Shown here: in pieces, positions 63,472-64,000 of the stretch
Numbering within the stretch: the stretch's first letter is position 1
How the letters are laid out: each line of letters begins with the position of its first letter
DNA from: Patescibacteria group bacterium
Lineage (GTDB): Bacteria; Patescibacteriota; Patescibacteriia; Buchananbacterales; UBA6539
Length of the DNA: 64,000 bases
Assembly (NCBI GenBank): GCA_041649675.1
Contig: JBAZMQ010000001.1
Coordinates: forward strand, 253-64,252
Direction: 5' to 3'
Translations under genes and position numbers: made by a program
The notes under the pieces: generated by a model
Seen by the model: only the letters and a program-made list of their open reading frames with translations
Databases searched by the model: none
Told to the model about the DNA's origin: nothing

Positions 63472-64000
63472 TGGTTTTTGCCCTCAGTTTTTTATTCTTC
63501 CTTTTGGTTTTTGCAGTTTTAGGTAGCCTGGCTTTAGCCGGCTTATCCGCTGCGCCCTGGGTGCCTTTGTGGAAAAAAGATATTAGGCGAATGTTAAAAG
63601 TTGCCGACGTTAAACCGGGTGAAATTGTTTACGATTTAGGCGCTGGCGATGGCCGAATTATAATTATTGCCGCCGCTGAGTTTGGTGCCTTAGCCACTGG
63701 TTTTGAGTTCGCCTTCTTGCCATATTTTTTGGCTTGGGCTAAAATAAAGCTACTGGGTCTTAGTAAAAAGGCTAAATTAAAATATGGCAATTTTTTCCGG
63801 ACTGATTTTAGCCAAGCCGATGTAATTTGCACTTTTCTCACGCCCCAGGCAATGGCAAAATTAAAACCAAAATTTGAAACAAATACTAAATCTGGCTGCC
63901 GGATAGTATCATATGCTTTCAGTATTCCTGGTTGGCAGCCAAAAATTATTGACAAACCAAACCAAAAAACAACCGTGGTCTATCTGTACCAAAAAGAAAA
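63472..64000 (+). CDS. membrane-anchored class I SAM-dependent methyltransferase, 3-prime partial (runs off window end)
   Basis: N-terminal TM helix then VYDLGAGDGRIIIIAA motif I; no stop before position 64000. The track's minus ORF 63629-63955 is antisense to it. Confidence 0.55.

Noticed and set aside
63629-63955. Minus-strand 108-aa ORF from the track
   Set aside because: It is antisense to a plus-strand ORF with a clear SAM-methyltransferase motif I (LGAGDGR) that runs to the window end.

Overview
This 64 kb window is AT-rich (about 37-40% GC) and densely coded, with short intergenic spacers. The gene content fits a CPR/Patescibacteria-like bacterium, though that assignment is inferred from gene content only. 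Housekeeping content: rpmA; an Fe-S cluster operon (iscR-like Rrf2 regulator, IscU, separate Nfu/NifU C-terminal domain, IscS); a 10 kb minus-strand type IV pilus operon (pilB, pilC, a 1086-aa giant prepilin-type protein, a pilin, a PilX-like protein, pilM, pilN, pilO, and one small membrane protein; no secretin); two separated dcw clusters (mraY-murD-ftsW-murG-murC-murB, and mraZ-rsmH-ftsL-ftsI-murF); secA, fpg, uppP, pcm, mltG, pyrH-like, rplJ-rplL with an attenuator-containing leader, cysS, dus, corA and a VirD4/TraD-like ATPase. Non-standard content: (1) a GC-rich (about 50%) island at 57.1-59.3 kb carrying a duplicated module of conserved upstream element plus small Cys-rich MPIP protein, one copy followed by two paralogous ~125-137 aa proteins; (2) in-frame insertions of a shared short repeat in iscS, murD (as an 11-unit heptanucleotide tandem array) and fpg; (3) a family of GC-rich tetraloop hairpin repeats clustered at 27.3-30.05 kb around a DUF559 gene; (4) two families of short intergenic palindromic repeats; (5) a GC-rich structured candidate RNA between ftsW and murG; (6) a sigma70-like promoter with MraZ-box direct repeats upstream of mraZ; (7) two GC-rich sugar-phosphate isomerase genes that look horizontally acquired. 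No rRNA, tRNA or CRISPR array could be supported. Coordinates counted by hand may be off by 1-2 nt.
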